Source of the DNA: a virus
Lineage: Duplodnaviria > Caudoviricetes
Reading direction: 5' to 3' (one strand)
Virus record (IMG/VR): IMGVR_UViG_3300028172_000069
Length of the DNA: 64,000 nucleotides
Shown: positions 47,347 to 56,400 of the stretch, one piece after another
How the letters are laid out: every line of letters starts with the position of its first letter
Position numbering within the stretch: the first letter of the stretch is position 1
Translations under genes and position numbers: made by a program
The notes under the pieces: generated by a model
The model's input: only the letters and a program-made list of their open reading frames with translations
Told to the model about the DNA's origin: nothing
Database searches by the model: none

Positions 47347-48484
47347 AGAAGGTCCCAAGCTGGGTCAACTGCACACCCTTAGCGGGCTGAGTGACGATGC
47401 AGAAGGTCGAGGTCGCACCTTTGTTGCGCGCCTTGAACAGGTTCATCGGCACTTCGTCGTCCTTGATCTTGTCGAACAAGTCCTTGAGGATGCGCGGGTC
47501 GACGTGAATGGTACGTGGGTCACCTTTGATCTGCGCCTTGCACGCATCCTCGACGCTGCCGCTCTTGGTGAGCATCTTCATCTTGATGCCCTTGTCCTTG
47601 AACTGCATTGCCATCTTGGTATCTTCGGTGACGATGGCGAACATATTGTCCACGGCCTTGAGCGATTCCGGGTTGAACGTCACGGTCATGGACGGTGCTG
47701 GCAGCGACTTCAGGAACTCGGCCACCATGCTGAACTTGAACTCGTCTTCCTGAATCTCAGGTACCGACACAACGTAGTCGTCACCACGGATGCACAACTG
47801 GCTACCGTTGAGACTGATCTTCGGCTCACTGTCGCCGATGAAACGGTCCAGCATGTTGAACGTGCGAGTTGGAATTGCGAAGCGCAGCGTCACGTCAGAC
47901 TTCACTTTCGCCTTGTATTGGCTCAGGTGGAAGTTGTCTGCGGACTCGATCACCACACCCTTCTCGGAGACCTTGACGAACGAAAGGATAATGTCGTCGG
48001 TGTAGAAGTTGGTGAGCGATGCGGCTTTGATACCTTCGCGGATCGCCTTGATAACTTCACGGCTGAGCTTCTTGGACTTCGGCGGATTGAACACGTCCTT
48101 CAGGCGAACAATGTCGGCATCGTCGAGCAGTTGCAGTTCGGTAGTCGCTCGATACTTGCCCTTGAGCGCTTGCACGATCAACTCGGCTTTGTCACCACTG
48201 ATCGACAGGCCGTCACGATTCTTGATCAGGCCCTGCACTTTCGCGGGCTCGAAGATGAACGCGCCGTTCTTGCCGCCAGCAGACTTGCCGACGCAGACGC
48301 ACGCGAACGCATCTGGGGTAATACCTACGATGTAAGCCTTGCCATCACTGACCAGCATCGCATGGCGTCGCTCGGTATCGAGACAGTCCACGAAGGACGT
48401 GATGCTCACTACCTTTTGGATCGCTTGCTGCAACTCTTTGGCCTGAGCCTCGAATTGCAGATTCGGAGATTGGGAGATTTTCAT
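47336..48484 (-). CDS. DNA polymerase sliding clamp, beta-subunit-like
   Basis: 382 aa, about the length of a three-domain DnaN; repeated beta-alpha-beta pattern (IESADNFHLS, FAIPTRTF, VTFNPESL, IHVDPRILKD); in the PolA operon. Confidence 0.65.
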   Translation of the reverse strand: MKISQSPNLQFEAQAKELQQAIQKVVSITSFVDCLDTERRHAMLVSDGKAYIVGITPDAFACVCVGKSAGGKNGAFIFEPAKVQGLIKNRDGLSISGDKAELIVQALKGKYRATTELQLLDDADIVRLKDVFNPPKSKKLSREVIKAIREGIKAASLTNFYTDDIILSFVKVSEKGVVIESADNFHLSQYKAKVKSDVTLRFAIPTRTFNMLDRFIGDSEPKISLNGSQLCIRGDDYVVSVPEIQEDEFKFSMVAEFLKSLPAPSMTVTFNPESLKAVDNMFAIVTEDTKMAMQFKDKGIKMKMLTKSGSVEDACKAQIKGDPRTIHVDPRILKDLFDKIKDDEVPMNLFKARNKGATSTFCIVTQPAKGVQLTQLGTFYDE

Positions 48485-48492
48485 ACCTGTCC

Positions 48493-48879
48493 TTACTGTA
48501 GCAGCACGCTAGGCATTACGGTCGTACACTTGACGCCCTTGGGTGTAATGTCAGCGTATAGGATAATGACTTCGCCGAGTTGCATACCCACGGAAATATC
48601 ATGGCCGTCCAGTGCATCGCGCACATGGTGCATCAGCATATGCTTTACACTCACGGCGGCGTGGCGCAGAACATCAACCTGTTCCATACTCTGGCACAGG
48701 TCAATGAATCGCTGTTGATAGCGAGCTTGCCAGTCGCGCATGGTTCCGTTTTCGATCTGGTCTTGCGCAGTGCGATCACCCGAGCGACGAATCCGGTGCA
48801 TCAAGGCTTCGCTGAACTTCACCTCGATCCGCAAATCCCGGTATGTCGGCGGAGGAGAAAGAGCGCCGAATATGCCCAT
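48493..48879 (-). CDS. Hypothetical protein
   Basis: 128 aa with GGAG RBS. Confidence 0.55.
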   Translation of the reverse strand: MGIFGALSPPPTYRDLRIEVKFSEALMHRIRRSGDRTAQDQIENGTMRDWQARYQQRFIDLCQSMEQVDVLRHAAVSVKHMLMHHVRDALDGHDISVGMQLGEVIILYADITPKGVKCTTVMPSVLLQ

Positions 48880-49105
48880 CGACTGTCTCCGTTTGAATGA
48901 TCAGGCGCTGACCCGAAGAAGCCAGCAGCCCGTTGATAAGTCCGAGCGCATTGAGCATGCCCGTGTCAGGACCAACCATCATCACTTCGATATCGGTTGT
49001 CGCTCCCACCAGCGGACTGATGGGAGTGTTGACAGCAAACAAGTCAAACACGCGCGGGTCAAGCGTTGCTGCCTCATTGAGCAGCTCCAGCGCGTGTTGT
49101 ATCAT
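48776..49105 (-). CDS. Hypothetical protein
   Basis: ATGA coupling to the PolA stop with GGAGG RBS; overlaps the next gene by 104 nt. Confidence 0.5.
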   Translation of the reverse strand: MIQHALELLNEAATLDPRVFDLFAVNTPISPLVGATTDIEVMMVGPDTGMLNALGLINGLLASSGQRLIIQTETVDGHIRRSFSSADIPGFADRGEVQRSLDAPDSSLG

Positions 49106-52100
49106 GCAGCCTCCTTAAGGGACTTCTTCTTTTTCTTCTCGGCAGGCTTGGCGACCAGCTTCTCCATCAGAGACTTCGACTTCTTCTTGTCGATCACCTC
49201 GTCGGTAGTGCGTGGGTCCTTCTTCATGCCTTCCATCTTCATGCCAGTGTTCCAGGCTTGCTTCTTCGCCCAGTCAGGCATATCGACATACTGCTTGGAC
49301 ATGATTTGCTTGAATACGGCATCGACGTCCACATCGTACTTGAACTCGTCGCGCTGCTGCTTGAGCGCTTGGTAGATCAGGTTCTCGATACTTCCATCGT
49401 CTTCCTTCTTCTCGCCTTTCTTGTCCACTGGCTTCTTGCCTGCCACGTTGTCCTTGAAATCAGGATCGGCAGACTTGAGGCTGTAGTCCCAACCAGCGCA
49501 GTCGCGGATGTTCGCACCAATCTCGAAGTCAATCTCCAGCGGCACGAGGAACTTCATGCCATGGCGTTTCTCCATGACGTCCATCACACCGTAGGTAAGA
49601 CCGTGTTCGATAATACGGATCGCGTTCCACACGTCTTCATAAGCAACCGAGAACTCAAGGGAGTCGTGTACCGAGTTGGTCATGTAGAAGTCTGGGTAGT
49701 GCTTGGTCTCTTTGTAGTGCTTCCAGCGCAGTTGCTCAATCAGGCGAGCACCAGACACGAGGAAGTCAGAACCCATGCCCTGAATCGGCGAGTTCACTGC
49801 ACGACGACCAGTAGCCGCGTACACACCATCAAACGACTTGGCATCTTTCGGAATCAGGAACGCCCACAGGTTACGACGGCGACCCAGAGGAGACTCGACG
49901 AACAACTGGTCGGCAGCCTTCTTCTTGATCTTGTCGAACCAACCAGCACCAACTGGGAAGCGTTTGAAGAACGCCTTGATCAGTGCCTTAATCGCTTCGA
50001 CCGTCTGGCCAGTAGACTTCGCAGAACCTTCAACACCCTGCTGGTAGATCAGACCGAAGACTACCTGCTTAACGCTGTTACGCTTCGGCTTGTCAACGTC
50101 GTTGATATCCATGCCGAAGAAGTACGCGGCGTTGATACGGTGGACGTCACCTTCCATCGCGATCTTGTGCGCAAGCTCAGGCGTCGGGAACAGCTTGTAC
50201 TGGTTACGCATACGCAAGCCGTGCCAGAACAGGTCAGCTACTTCCTTGTCACCAGTGATGATCGACCAACCACGAACTTCGTGAGCCGCATAGTCGATCT
50301 TTAGGATCAGACGGCCCTTGTCCGCAATGAACAATCGCTTGATGAACTTACCAAGGTCGGCACGTCCCGGGAACATCTTCTTGATGAACTCGGTAATGTC
50401 GTTTCGACTTGGCAACTGGTGGAGCGACGGCTTCTTCGCAGAAGTACGGCCCGTCACAACGTCACGGAAGTTGAAGAACGGTCGGATGCAGGAGTCGAAC
50501 CGCATATCAGGGTCGGAACCCCATTGCTTCACGAACGCCTTGACGTAGCTGTTGAAGATTTTCTTGATCTTCTGGAGCTCGTTATACAGCGCGACCTCTG
50601 GGACGTCCGCATACTTCTTCTGGAAGTCCTTGTCGACGGCGCCTTGACCGTTCTTGCCGACAGACGTGGGTTTCAACTTGAGCACGTCGAACATCATCAT
50701 GTTCAAGTGCGCTTTCTTCGCCACGTTGAAAATCTTCATCTTGGTCTTGCCCCAGATACCTTTCGCTGGCGCGCCGGTATTCTTCTGGAGTCGGTTGTTG
50801 GTCTTCTCGGCACCTGCCGTTTCTTCCAACGCCTTGATGACTGCCTCGCGATGCTGGATGATCGGACTGTCGTTCGACTTGAGGTAGAACAACCAGTTGA
50901 TATCCGTCTTACATCCGTTGGTCTCCAGACAGGAGAACACGTGGAGCATATCGCTGATCTGCTCGCGCACGATGGACTTGAACTTGCGATAGCCAAAGTC
51001 CTTCGCACGCTGTATCTGCAGGCGACGAATGTGGATCAGGGTGATAACGTCCAGCGCACAGTAGTTCAGGAGCGGCTTGTCCAAGTCCACGGTTTCAATC
51101 GTGGCACGCTTGTCCTTACCGAAGTCCGACTCGTAGTACGCATGGCACCCGTACTGCATGGTGATGTTCAACAAGGTGTAGTAGGTGTTGCCGTACGAGT
51201 TCATGATCTTCATGTTCTCGTCCAGACCAAACTCACCTGCGAACACGTCCCACACGGCATTCTTGAAATGCCGCACACCCAGGTCAACGCGAATCCGATT
51301 CAGGTCGAACACGGCGTTGGCGTAGATGTGTTCCTTGTTCTTGTTGCGATGCTCGAAGTAGGCCTTGAGCTTCTTCTTGATGTACTTCAATTCCTCAGGC
51401 AGCCAAGGACTGTCCTTGTGCCCGATAGGAACGATGTACGCCGCATGTTCATCGACTGCGAACTGGATAGTCAGCATTCGGTTCACGATGCGGTTCAGGT
51501 TCTTGGTCTCTGTGTCGATTGCGACAACAGGCGCGTCGTACAGAGTCTCCATCATCTTGTCAAACTTCTCGATGGAGTCAACCAGTCGAGTCTTGAACTC
51601 CAGCTTCGGCATTTCGTATCGAAGCTTGCCGTACAGCGCGTTCATAATGTTGCGTGCCACGTACCCGGCTAGGTACATTGGCTCACCCTTACCTGTGGCA
51701 CCCACCAACGTGTTCAGGCTGAACGAACTGACGTGCTTGTACTTGTGCGTCTTGCCACCAGACTTGGCCTTCGTCTTGATTGGCACACCGTAGAAGTGCT
51801 CCCAGTGAATGCCTTTCTTGTCGCGGAACTTGCTGATGTATTCCCCATTGAGCGCACGCAGCGGGTCCATACCAAACGTCATCACAACGTCAGGCTTGTA
51901 CTCGGTGATGATGTGGTTGATGCGCTCGGTAAACTCCTGCTTGGCTTCTGTGCGGAATTGCTCAGGCATGCCAGCAGTCTTGAAAGCGTTGTAACTCACA
52001 GCCAGCCAGTTGCACTCGGAGAGTTTGACCTCAGAGTGATAGTGGCGTTCGACCACGGCGATCAGGTTGTCAAACAACTGACCAGTGGCACCAGACAGCA

Positions 52101-52272
52101 TCCGACCAGAGCGTAGGTCTTCGGTCGGCACATAATCGAGCACGAACAGGATTTTCCTCTTCGCGTTCTTCTTGGAAGATTTGGCGAGCCGGACATACCC
52201 ATAGTTGTTCTCGACTCTACGGAACTTCTTGGAGTATGTATAGTCCAACTCGACGTGATCGCACTTCGGCAT
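49102..52272 (-). CDS. polA: Family A DNA polymerase with N-terminal UDG-like domain and 3'-5' exonuclease
   Basis: ExoI VAIDTET; motif A KIDYAAHEVR; motif B RNSVKQVVFGLIY; motif C VHDS; N-terminal ILFVLDY.P...G..LSGATG...YKPDVVMTFG. Confidence 0.95.
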   Translation of the reverse strand: MPKCDHVELDYTYSKKFRRVENNYGYVRLAKSSKKNAKRKILFVLDYVPTEDLRSGRMLSGATGQLFDNLIAVVERHYHSEVKLSECNWLAVSYNAFKTAGMPEQFRTEAKQEFTERINHIITEYKPDVVMTFGMDPLRALNGEYISKFRDKKGIHWEHFYGVPIKTKAKSGGKTHKYKHVSSFSLNTLVGATGKGEPMYLAGYVARNIMNALYGKLRYEMPKLEFKTRLVDSIEKFDKMMETLYDAPVVAIDTETKNLNRIVNRMLTIQFAVDEHAAYIVPIGHKDSPWLPEELKYIKKKLKAYFEHRNKNKEHIYANAVFDLNRIRVDLGVRHFKNAVWDVFAGEFGLDENMKIMNSYGNTYYTLLNITMQYGCHAYYESDFGKDKRATIETVDLDKPLLNYCALDVITLIHIRRLQIQRAKDFGYRKFKSIVREQISDMLHVFSCLETNGCKTDINWLFYLKSNDSPIIQHREAVIKALEETAGAEKTNNRLQKNTGAPAKGIWGKTKMKIFNVAKKAHLNMMMFDVLKLKPTSVGKNGQGAVDKDFQKKYADVPEVALYNELQKIKKIFNSYVKAFVKQWGSDPDMRFDSCIRPFFNFRDVVTGRTSAKKPSLHQLPSRNDITEFIKKMFPGRADLGKFIKRLFIADKGRLILKIDYAAHEVRGWSIITGDKEVADLFWHGLRMRNQYKLFPTPELAHKIAMEGDVHRINAAYFFGMDINDVDKPKRNSVKQVVFGLIYQQGVEGSAKSTGQTVEAIKALIKAFFKRFPVGAGWFDKIKKKAADQLFVESPLGRRRNLWAFLIPKDAKSFDGVYAATGRRAVNSPIQGMGSDFLVSGARLIEQLRWKHYKETKHYPDFYMTNSVHDSLEFSVAYEDVWNAIRIIEHGLTYGVMDVMEKRHGMKFLVPLEIDFEIGANIRDCAGWDYSLKSADPDFKDNVAGKKPVDKKGEKKEDDGSIENLIYQALKQQRDEFKYDVDVDAVFKQIMSKQYVDMPDWAKKQAWNTGMKMEGMKKDPRTTDEVIDKKKSKSLMEKLVAKPAEKKKKKSLKEAA

Positions 52273-52320
52273 TGTCACGGACCTCTAGTCAAAGACTATG
52301 GTGTGTTTACAGTTCCAAAG

Positions 52321-52345
52321 AAAAAGGCGACCCGAAGGCCGCCTT
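52321..52345 (-). terminator. Rho-independent terminator (UUCG loop)
   Basis: AAGGCGGCC-TTCG-GGTCGCCTT-TTT on the minus strand. Confidence 0.9.
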
Positions 52346-52349
52346 GGTG

Positions 52350-52853
52350 CTAGAAAACTCCAGCGAGTTTGGCGTAGCGCGTGAGTAACGCACTCTGCTC
52401 CTCGTAGGTTGCGAACAGCACATGGCGACGATTCAAGGTCACGATGTGGTCATGCGCAAGTTTCTTGGAGCCGCCAACGTTGGTGTAGTAGTGCCAGTTG
52501 AGCGCTTTCAGGTGAGTCAGTGGAACACCCTCTGCGTCCTCGGTCACGACATGGAACGTGTAGCCGTCGTGGGTGAAGAAGCCACTGAACCCATCCGTCG
52601 GCTGAGTCATCAGCGTCGAGATATAGGCCAGAGCGAATTCAGGGTCCGTGAAGACTTGCACCTTGACGCGCAGTCCGTCGAACTGCTGTGGGTGCTCACC
52701 TCCAAACTCACCACTGCCGAAACCAAAGTAACCGAGGAAGTCGAACGTGTTGTCACCGAAGTGAGGCTTCTCGTCGGTACGGCAGAACAGGTAACGTCGC
52801 GTGGCACCCCGGAGTCTGAATGCTGCATAGGTCAACTCAGCAGGGTGTTTCAC
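52350..52853 (-). CDS. Hypothetical protein
   Basis: 167-aa ORF with GTG start abutting the upstream stop. Confidence 0.55.
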   Translation of the reverse strand: MKHPAELTYAAFRLRGATRRYLFCRTDEKPHFGDNTFDFLGYFGFGSGEFGGEHPQQFDGLRVKVQVFTDPEFALAYISTLMTQPTDGFSGFFTHDGYTFHVVTEDAEGVPLTHLKALNWHYYTNVGGSKKLAHDHIVTLNRRHVLFATYEEQSALLTRYAKLAGVF

Positions 52854-53363
52854 TTAGCCGTTCCTTTTGTTCTTGTCGTGGTTACCCTCGTTGGTTTCGA
52901 GGACCTGGGCACGCGCTGTCTTCGACTGCACAGTGTCTTCGCGCTGTGGACTGTCGGTGACAAGGCGCTCTTCCTTGACCGTGGTCTTGTCGTTCACGTC
53001 GGCAGTAGGCTGCGGCGTTTGGACTTGACCAGCGGTCTTGGCAACTTCTGCCTGCGCACGGGCTTGCGAGGCTTCGATGCGCTTGGTGTGGTCTGCCATG
53101 ATTTCTTTCGCCTTCTCAGCGTCGAGCGAGCGATGGCCGATCAAACCCTTGGCCTGATAGACCCAGTTCTTCGGCAACTTGTCGCGCTCACCGAAAGGCA
53201 GGCCGCCGTTCGGGTACGCAGGCAGGAACGACACATCGGCCTCGAAGTCTTTCTTGGCTTGGATGGTGGCGGCGCTCCAGATACCGTCGATGTTACCCTT
53301 GTAGTAGCCGAGATGGAACAGCACCAGCTGCTGCGCCATCATCTTCTCTTTGGTGATTTGCAT
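52854..53363 (-). CDS. Peptidoglycan-binding domain protein
   Basis: QQLVLFHLGYYKGNIDGIWSAATIQAKKDFE = PG_binding_1 signature; low-complexity C-terminus. Confidence 0.75.
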   Translation of the reverse strand: MQITKEKMMAQQLVLFHLGYYKGNIDGIWSAATIQAKKDFEADVSFLPAYPNGGLPFGERDKLPKNWVYQAKGLIGHRSLDAEKAKEIMADHTKRIEASQARAQAEVAKTAGQVQTPQPTADVNDKTTVKEERLVTDSPQREDTVQSKTARAQVLETNEGNHDKNKRNG

Positions 53364-53407
53364 TGCACTCTCCTCAAGAGTCAGGGGACCGAAGTCCCCG
53401 TTCTCAG

Positions 53408-56400
53408 TTAGTTGCGTTTCTTGGCAGCGCGGAACTTGATTTCCGCAATCTCTGCCTTGAGCACGTCAGGCTCGGCAATGTTGATGCCCGCCGCTTTCAG
53501 CTCCTTGACCTTGGCATTCAAGTCAGCCTTGTTGGCAGGGAAGTACATCAGTGCGCCCGGAGACAGCTGCCATTTGGTCGCTGCACCTTCGATTGCTTTA
53601 CCAATGTGCTTCTTGATGATCGGCGAAGTAGCAACGTCGACCACCAGCATCACCTTGTCTTCCATGAAGAACGGATAGATGCGGACCTCTTTGCGATCCT
53701 TAACCATCTGCTTGCGCGTGGCGAAGAAGTGCGGCAGCTCATGCTGCGAAGCCAGCTCCATCTGATACAGACCACGTCGACCTTTAGCGAACGTTTTGAA
53801 GAACGCATCCAGTCGGTCGATCGTCTGATCGCTCAGGTGGAAGTTGTCCTCGATGTAGTCCATCACCTTGTTCGCCTGATCACGACGCTTCACGGTGATG
53901 AACGCATACTCGCCGATTTCCTTGAACTTGAACTTCTTCAACGCCTTGGTGTAATCCAAGTCGTCAGTCTCAAGCGTCAGGAAGCCGTGGTAATATGCCG
54001 GGGCCAACTTCAACGGAGTATCTTCCGTCTCCTCATCCTCACGACGTACGGTCGTAGGAATCTTCATGCCAGGGTCATACTTCACACCCTGATTGACAGG
54101 CTTGCCTTCCTTGATGTTGCGCGAACGTTTCTCGCCAGCGTCAATGGAGCGCACGCGAACGTTGGCTTGGCGCGTCTCACGCTTGTTGCGACGTGCCTCT
54201 TTCGCAGCTTCCTTCTGGTCCAGGAGTTCCTGATCCTTCGCTGCACGCTCTGCACGGGCAATGTCCGCTTTACGATAAGCCAGGCTCACCGCGAAGTTTT
54301 GCTCGATTGCCTTCTTGCTGATGACAGTCGGTGCGTAGACAATACCCATGTCGTTGAAGGTAACCAGCTCGCCAGTTTCCTTGAGCTTGATCTGCAGGCT
54401 GGAGATCGGGCGATCCTTGTTGACCACGCCTTCTTTCGCAGTGCCGACGTAGCGGACCTTGACCGAGACAACCATGCCGTTGCCCATGTCAGTAATCATC
54501 GGCTGACCGACGAGCGACTGTGGGTTGTCAACGTACGGCTGACCTTCTGGATCGCGCAGCAGCTTCGACAGCGGCAGCGGTTTCCAACCATTCGGGTCCT
54601 TGATGTTTTGCGCGGACACGAACGGGGTCTTGATCTGCGCACTGCCCTCGATGACCGGAGTCTGAGGAACAGGCAGCATTTCGGCAGGCTGAGTCACGCG
54701 CATTTCGTGGAACTCGGCACGCATGATGCCGTTGAGTTGCGCGTAGCTGTTCACGTACTTCTGGAAGTCATGCAAGGAAGGACGTTCCTGCAGCACGTTG
54801 GTGATCGACAGACTCACCTCAGGCAGCGCGTTCTTACCAAGCACGTCGTTGTACAGCGGGTTCTCGGCCTCGTCGAAGCGGGTCTTGTTGAAGACCTTAG
54901 CGATCAGACGTGCCTGCTTCGGTACTTCCATGGTGTTGTCAGCGAGCACCCAGTCGAGGAACACGACTTCGCGGTAAATCTCACCTTCAGCAGCGCCCTT
55001 AGGATCAGGACGGAAGATACGCGATGCAGACTGGTCGAGTTCACCTGGACCCCACGGCGATTCAACACGAATCAGGCGCGATGCGATCTGAAGGTTGTGG
55101 CCTTCGGACATGCCCATTTCGTTCGCAATGAGAATCTTCACCTTCGGGTCAGACTTGAAGGCGTTCAGGTTGCCCCACTTGTCCACTTCCTTACCCGTGA
55201 ACTTGACAGCCATTGCCTTGTACTTCTCAGGCAGCGCGTCGTATACAGCATTCACCGAGTTGGTGTAGCGGCAGAAGATGATAACCTTACCAGGCGGCTC
55301 CTTCTTCCAGATATCGTTGTTGTCCTCAGGGCGTTTGCCCATGGTGTCGCGAGGCAGCAACGCACGACGGTACGACGACTGATCCTGCTTACGAGCCAGG
55401 TACAGGTCACCCTTACGCGCAACGAGTTGGTACTCGGTGTAGATAACACCCGGGTCCCACTCAGGCGGATTGAAGTGATCTTTGACAATGCCAGCGATCA
55501 CGTTCGCCTTACGCGAGGTGTACTTCTTGATGCCGTACGCACCGAAGATTTTGGGGAACGCAGGGTCTTGCTCGGGCGCGATAATCAGCCGCTCGATACG
55601 TTGCAGGTACGCCTTGACAAGATCGGCGTCCAGCATGCCGAGTTCGTCTTCGTCGCCCAGCTCCATGTCCTGCGAGCGTTCGCCGTCTTCGGACGATTCC
55701 CCGTCGTCACCGTCATCATCATCGTCTTCGTCTTCATCAGCCGAACGAGTACGCTTCTTGGCGGCGGCCACGAGTTTTTGCAGTTCCTCCACAGACTCGT
55801 CAACAACGAGGTCATAGAGTTGGCGATGCAGTTCGCCTTTACGTTGCTCGTCAGCTGGATCGGTGTCCACATGGAACTTGACAGCGTGGAACTCTTCGAT
55901 CGGAGAAGGCAACATGAACGCCCACTCTTTCTTCTTCTTGGTGACAACTGCGGCGTAGCGCGACAGACGTTGCCGTGCGCGTTGCGGCGTGTTCACCTTC
56001 CACAGCTGGACAGAATCGTCACCCAGCGTCAGTGTCTCTTCCAAGGCCTCGGCCAAGTTCGAGCCAGCCAGCTCACCTTTACGGAAGATGTGCGGCGAGT
56101 ACAGCGCTACCTGGCCTTCAATGTCAGTGACACGGTCAGCAATCAGGGTACCGGTGGCGATACGCAGGTAGTCGATGAACGAAGCTGTGGTCAACTGCTT
56201 GACGACCTTGTGCTTCGCAGTCTTCTGCCCTTTCAGCTTGTGGCTTTCGTCGATGATGACGTAGTTGAACTTGAAGGCCTTGATGAACTCCAGGTTGGTG
56301 CCAACGTCGATCACGGCGTTACCGATAACCACCGACATCTTGTTGTTGCGCAGGAAGTTGAAACCTGCAACGCAGATGGTGTTCGGTGGCGCAGTCGCGA

